DNA of 64,000 nucleotides. It comes from Phyllosticta citribraziliensis (taxonomy: Eukaryota). Where the stretch lies: assembly GCF_038025025.1 (NCBI RefSeq), contig NW_027117352.1, forward strand, positions 372,001-436,000, written 5' to 3'. Below the pieces are notes generated by a model, which saw only the letters and a program-made list of their open reading frames with translations, was not told where the DNA came from and did not search any database. Every line of letters begins with the position of its first letter. Positions within the stretch are counted from its first letter, which is position 1. The position numbers and the translations under genes are program-made. Positions 59,047-64,000 of this stretch are shown one piece after another.

Positions 59047-60125
59047 ATGGGCTCTATCCAAGACGACGACGATGTCCCGTACGTCTCGACTCATGCAACC
59101 GCTCCACAACTCCCAGCTCCCGTCTTGACCGCATCCATGGCCAAACTAACCGCGCACAAAACCACAGCGAGCTCTCCGTCCACGCGCTCGGCGCGCTGCA
59201 GGACTTCCTGAGCGAACGCGATCAGCGAGCCAAGGAATTCGAAGACCTCAAGGTCACGGCCGAAGACGATTTCGACGAGGCGCCAGCACCCACACACCAC
59301 AATGGCAACGGAATCAAGGACAAGAAGCTGTCGATGGAGGCGTTTACCGAGGACTGGAACGTCAGCCAATTTTGGGCACGCTTTCCTTGACGGCTCCCTA
59401 GCTGCGGTCTGTTAATCCGCCTGTAGTACAATGACGCGACGGCCACGACGCTGGCGAGGCAGCTGCTGGACGGCGCGACGGATGAGACGCGGATTGCCGT
59501 CGTCTCGACACCTAGTGTTTTTGTGCAGATCAAAAATCTATTGGTATGTGTGGGGAAATACGCGGGAATACTGAAGGTGGACAACTTGGGCTTGGACAAT
59601 GTGCTGATGCTGGTCAGGCCACGCCCGAATATCCAGTGCGTCCGGACGTGAAGCTGCTGGAGTACGACGAGCGGTTTTCCGTTTTCAAGGAGTTTGTTCC
59701 TTATGATTTCTTGATACCGACTCGATTGCCTCGTGGGTCCTGCGTTGGTCGGGTGTGGAGTACAAGCTAATCTGCGGTCCAGCATCTCTCAAAGGTCAAT
59801 TCGACCGAATCATTTGCGATCCGCCATTCCTCAGCGTCGACTGCCAGACCAAAAGTGAGACGGACAGCCTGGGTTAGAAATTGGACATGACTGACATTTG
59901 GCAGTGGCCTTGACGGTTCGATGGCTCTCCAAATCCTGGGACGCTTCGACACATCTCGTCATTTGCACCGGCGAGCGGATGCATGAATTGATCAAGAAGC
60001 TCTACGGCAAGGCCGGTATGCGGACGACCGATTTCGAAATTGAGCACATGAAATTGAGCAACGAATTCTGCTGCTACGCCAACTTTGAGCGCAAAGGGCT
60101 TTGGCAGTGGAAGAAAGACGAGTGA
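59047..60125 (+). CDS. EFM5: eEF1A lysine methyltransferase Efm5/N6AMT2; multi-exon
   Basis: LSVHALGALQDF, EDWNVSQFW/YND, IAVVSTPSVF, LLEYDERF, DPPFLS, CTGERM and LSNEFCCYANF. One intron (59376-59426) is GC-AG. Confidence 0.9.
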
Positions 60126-60363
60126 CGTTGAGATACCCAGACCCCTGCGTCGTCTACATTAGCATCAAGAATCTTATCTCCCCCATCTCCGAATGTTTTG
60201 GTTCCCTTGGCTGTCTGATCCCTGCGTCCCGGCTGTTCCCCGCCATCGGCCACCGACATCATTTCAAGCTACACCTCCTCACTTCTTCCTCTACTTCCGC
60301 CTTCTCTCCCTCTCTCTTACTGCTGTTTGATTCCTTCCAATTGCTGTCCCACGACCCGTCAAC

Positions 60364-61192
60364 ATGTCTGCCGCCGCATGCATCTTCTGCAAGATCATCA
60401 AGGGTATTGTCCGCCCCGCCCCGCACTTCTAGCTCCCGCCTGCGCGCCCGCCGCTACACAGCAGCTAACGCACCGCAGGTGAAATCCCCTCGATGAAGCT
60501 CTTCGAGAGCGAAAAGGTCTACGCGTTCCTCGACATTGGCCCCCTCAGCGCCGGCCACTCTGTGAGTCACACCACCACGCGCAAGCAGCCATCCACCGCG
60601 ACCACCACCTCCCCCCGCAACCCGCGATTGCAGACCACACCACACCGAACCGCACACTGCCGGGTAGCTTTCGCCTAGCTTTCGCTGACCAGACGGACCT
60701 CGCCGGATAATTAGCTCGTCATCCCCAAGCACCACGGCGCCAAGCTGCACGACATTCCGGACGACGCGCTCACCGAGATCCTGCCCGTCGCCAAGAAGAT
60801 TGCGCAGGCCGTCGGCTGCGAGGACTACAACGTCTTGCAGAACAATGGCCGCATTGCGCACCAGCTCGTCGACCACGTACGTATCCTGCGCTGTTTCTTT
60901 CTGGCGCTGCGTTCGAAGCAAGGCAATGCGCCTCGCCCGAGACTTGTCCGAGTGTCGTGTGCGTGCGCCATGCGCTCGCGCAGCAGCTGCTTCTATTCCC
61001 AGACTATACCCTTCGATATGTTTTGAAAGGGCCTCGTCGGTATGCCATGCTGATGTCTTGTCTTGTCAGGTCCACTTCCACATGATCCCCAAGCCCACCA
61101 TGGAGGAGGGTCTGACCATCGGCTGGCCAGCCCAGCAGCCGTCCAAGGACGAGCTGCTGAAGCTGTTCGAGGACATCAAGAGCAAGATGTAA
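60364..61192 (+). CDS. HNT1: HIT-family nucleotide phosphoramidase Hnt1; 4 exons
   Basis: CIFCKIIKG/EIPS, AFLDIGPLSAGH/LVIPKHH and QNNGRIAHQLVDH/VHFHMIPK (histidine triad HxHxH). Confidence 0.94.
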
Positions 61193-61616
61193 TACCAAAC
61201 CTCTTGGGTGAGCGAGTATGAGAGCAAGAAAGAAAGAATAAGACGAGGGATAAGAGGAGGGGCTGGCTACGTAAGGTGTGCCGTGCTGGTGACAAGACGC
61301 GGGCGGACACGAGGTCGGAAACAAGCAGAATAGTGGCGTGGTGGCGCAAGTGAGAGAAGATGATTGTGGTTCGCTGGCTGGCTGCCGTCCGATGTTCTGA
61401 CAAATGGGGAAATTTTCCCCTTTCGGGCTATTAGCTGGATGTATGTGAGGATGTGTTTGTATTCTGTGAATGATGGATTTGACTTGTCTATCAGTGAGGA
61501 GACGAGGATGCGATCGAAGAATTTGTCGCCCAGGCGTGTATGCGGCCTGGTGCCTCTGGCCAGTGTTAGTCGCAATCTGACAACGGACACTCTTACGGGG
61601 GAATGTACTCACTGCT

Positions 61617-62166
61617 TTATCCAGAGGGGCCGCCCTGTTCTCCAATCGACATACGGCTGAGGCCACCACCCTCCTCATCGCCCTCTTCGTCACACTGCTT
61701 CATGGCGTCCTTGATGATTGCCGTTTGGATTTGGCTATCCGGCATGCCTCTGAGGCGCCTCTTCTCCTCGTCCTCGTGCTCCTGTGCCTTCTTCAGCCAG
61801 CGGTGCGCCTGGTCGTGCATCTTCTCGAAGAAAGCGACAAGGTCGCCATGATGATCCAAGACTGCGCTTTCGATCAAGCGCTTGTAGGTTGCAACGGCCT
61901 CTTGACCATGCTCCCTGTGATCATTAGCTCTCGAACAGTGTTCAGTGACAAACTCGGGCTGGAAGCGCTTACACTGCGTGATCGTCGGACTTGGTCAGCA
62001 GCAGGTTCATGTTGGCCCGGTGGAAGTCGCCCAGCCTGGACTCGAGCAGGATGCGTCGAGCCATGCGCCAGCCGGTCTCCTCATCGCCCTCGCGGCATTT
62101 CTGCCAGGCTGCCTCGCAACGCGCTTTGATGGCGAGGTTGAAGTTGGACTGGGTTGGGGATGTCAT
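61617..62166 (-). CDS. Hypothetical helical protein; at least 2 exons
   Basis: MTSPTQSNF...DDHAV joins in frame across GTAAGC...CACAG (61915-61972) to EHGQEAVATYKRLIE...; no family recognised. Confidence 0.6.
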
Positions 62167-63599
62167 GGCGTTCGTGGGTGTGTTGAGAGAAGGGTGGCGA
62201 GGAAGAAGAGAGGAGAGAAAAAAGCAGAGGTGTGGGCGCTGCTGGTAGGGAAGGAGTGATGGTGAGTAAGAGAAAGAGACAGGGCGGGGGGACAAGGAGA
62301 ATTGAAAGTGACTGTCGCTCCTCCAGTCGCGCCGTTTGTCCTGGCGATACAAGGTTGCCTCAGGAACACAAACCCACGGTTTTACAGCTCTTTGCCCAAT
62401 CGATGACTGTGACCTAGATGATATTTTCTGCCGCTATACTCCTACTGAGCTAAAGCGGCCAAGCACACTTGACTCTGGATGCAGCTTCTCAAGCGCCAAC
62501 TCCTCATGCAACGGCTTCTCAAACATTCCTGCTTTTCAAGCATTGCCTTCTTCAGTGCAAGCTCTAGACAGGGAAAAGAATTGTATGAAGTTGTCCGGTC
62601 CTCAAGCAAAGGCTGGTACGAGGGAAACAGTACTGTTGTTGTAACCAAGGTCGACCGATTATGCTAACCTCAAACAAATGGAAGCAGTGCGAAATCCGCA
62701 CACCACTGACAGCAAGAGCTCACGCCGTGCAAACAAAAACTTTTCGGCACTCATATAAAATGTCGTCCACGACCACCACACCCAAGTCGCCGTGTAAGTG
62801 GGCTGACCAGAGGTGACTGTCAACGGACAACGTCAAGTCTTCAACTAGACTGACCCGTCCATCCTTCTCCGCCTTCTTCCAAGCTCCCCGCTTCCCTTCC
62901 AGCTTCCATTTCTCTTCAACCCCTTGGCTTACGTGCGCACTTACGTGAAACAGCTTTAGATCATCTCTGACATACGGGTCAGTGTCGTTCCGGTAAGAAG
63001 CAAAGGGTCCTGATCAAACTTCCATCACCAAGTTGAGCTTTGGGACTGACCAACGCGACAGGTGTTCTCAAACCCCCCCGGCGCTTCATTCACCAACGTC
63101 GAGAGCGTTTCGCCTCACAGCCCCACATAGTCAAGCCGTGTCTTTGGAAAGGTGCCGATCACAACTTCAGTGGTAGTTGAATCGAACACGGACACTTTCA
63201 GACAGGTCAACTTCAAAGCGCCACCGTCGGGGCCGTTAGGATGTCACGGATGCGTCGGTGACGTCTCCCGATCCAAAGCGCAACAAGGGCAAAGGCCCTC
63301 GGACCCTCGACAGTGACTACGCCTAGGTAGTACTCAAGTTGGTTGATGGGCAGGTAAGTATGTAGATATCGCTCAACCCAGCCGCCGCCGCCCATGCGCT
63401 CCCGGTGCAAATATCAAAAAGGACCAAATCATTGATCTGGCCGCTCTGCCGCCGTTCCTCTCTGTCTGCCTACTTACCTGTCTGTCCGTCCATCTGTCTG
63501 TCCGTCTGTCTGTGTATATCGAAATCCAAACCCAGCAAAGCCCAATCCCAACCCCAACCCCAAATCGAAGCCAATTCGAAGCTAATTGTGCGGAAATGC

Positions 63600-63724
63600 C
63601 CCTCTCCCTCTCCCTTTCCCTTTCCCTCTCCCTCTCCCTCTCCCTCTCCCTCTCCCTCTCCCTCTCCCGCGCCCCCTCTCGTCACACTGAGGAGCAACAA
63701 CAACAGCAGCAGCAGCAGCAGCAG
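63600..63724. repeat. (CCCTCT)n tract followed by (CAA)(CAG)n; probably the 5' region of the next gene
   Basis: Directly visible tandem repeats. Confidence 0.85.
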
Positions 63725-63755
63725 CATCCACAATCAAATTACCTCGCCCTCCACA

Positions 63756-64000
63756 TGCCCTCCTGCGTCTCGCGGATCCGGCGCTCCTGGCTCCGAATCA
63801 TCTCCTCCGTCTGCCCGCGGCCATCAGCACGGCCATCAATATCCATGCGATCGCCGTCGGCGTCGCCGTGTCCACCACCACCACCGCCAGCATGCTCCGG
63901 ATCCGGCTGCGCCTCGCCGCCGACAATGACCTCCGGCACAGGCGGCGCGCCGCGGGGCGGCTCATTCGAGCGGGCGCCATCCATGACCGCGGCGCCGCCG
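63756..64000 (+). CDS. Possible 5' end of a gene truncated by the window edge
   Basis: Open frame MPSCVSRIRR...MTSGTGGAPRGGSFERAPSMTAAPP runs to the window end after a CT-rich leader; no domain visible. Confidence 0.3.

Overview
Gene-dense, GC-rich eukaryotic DNA with many ~50-nt GT-AG introns and CTRAC branch sites, typical of a filamentous ascomycete (probably a Dothideomycete; this is inference). About 24 protein-coding loci can be read. Most are conserved housekeeping genes: RNase T2, CCT7, an MTM1-type mitochondrial carrier, HRT3-type F-box, VPS51, RMI1, an MFS transporter, RRP6, MDM35, mitochondrial IF2, UNC-50/GMH1, RNA14, an Argonaute, RSC1/2, NOP56, THI4, a LACTB2-like hydrolase, EFM5 and HNT1. 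Notable features: (1) The Argonaute keeps a DEDH slicer tetrad. Its 527-nt first coding intron holds a ~32-bp imperfect hairpin, then a TATA-like box and an in-frame alternative ATG, suggesting two N-terminal isoforms. (2) Directly downstream is an accessory block of four tandem BTB/POZ genes (one apparently broken by a deletion) plus a repeat-rich orphan ORF. (3) THI4 has a TPP riboswitch in a 5'UTR intron with alternative donors and uORFs, and its catalytic-Cys exon has no usable GT donor. (4) RRP6 has two stop-free in-frame introns, one encoding a basic NLS-like peptide. No tRNA, rRNA, transposon or CRISPR was recognised. All exon boundaries and pairings were read by eye.
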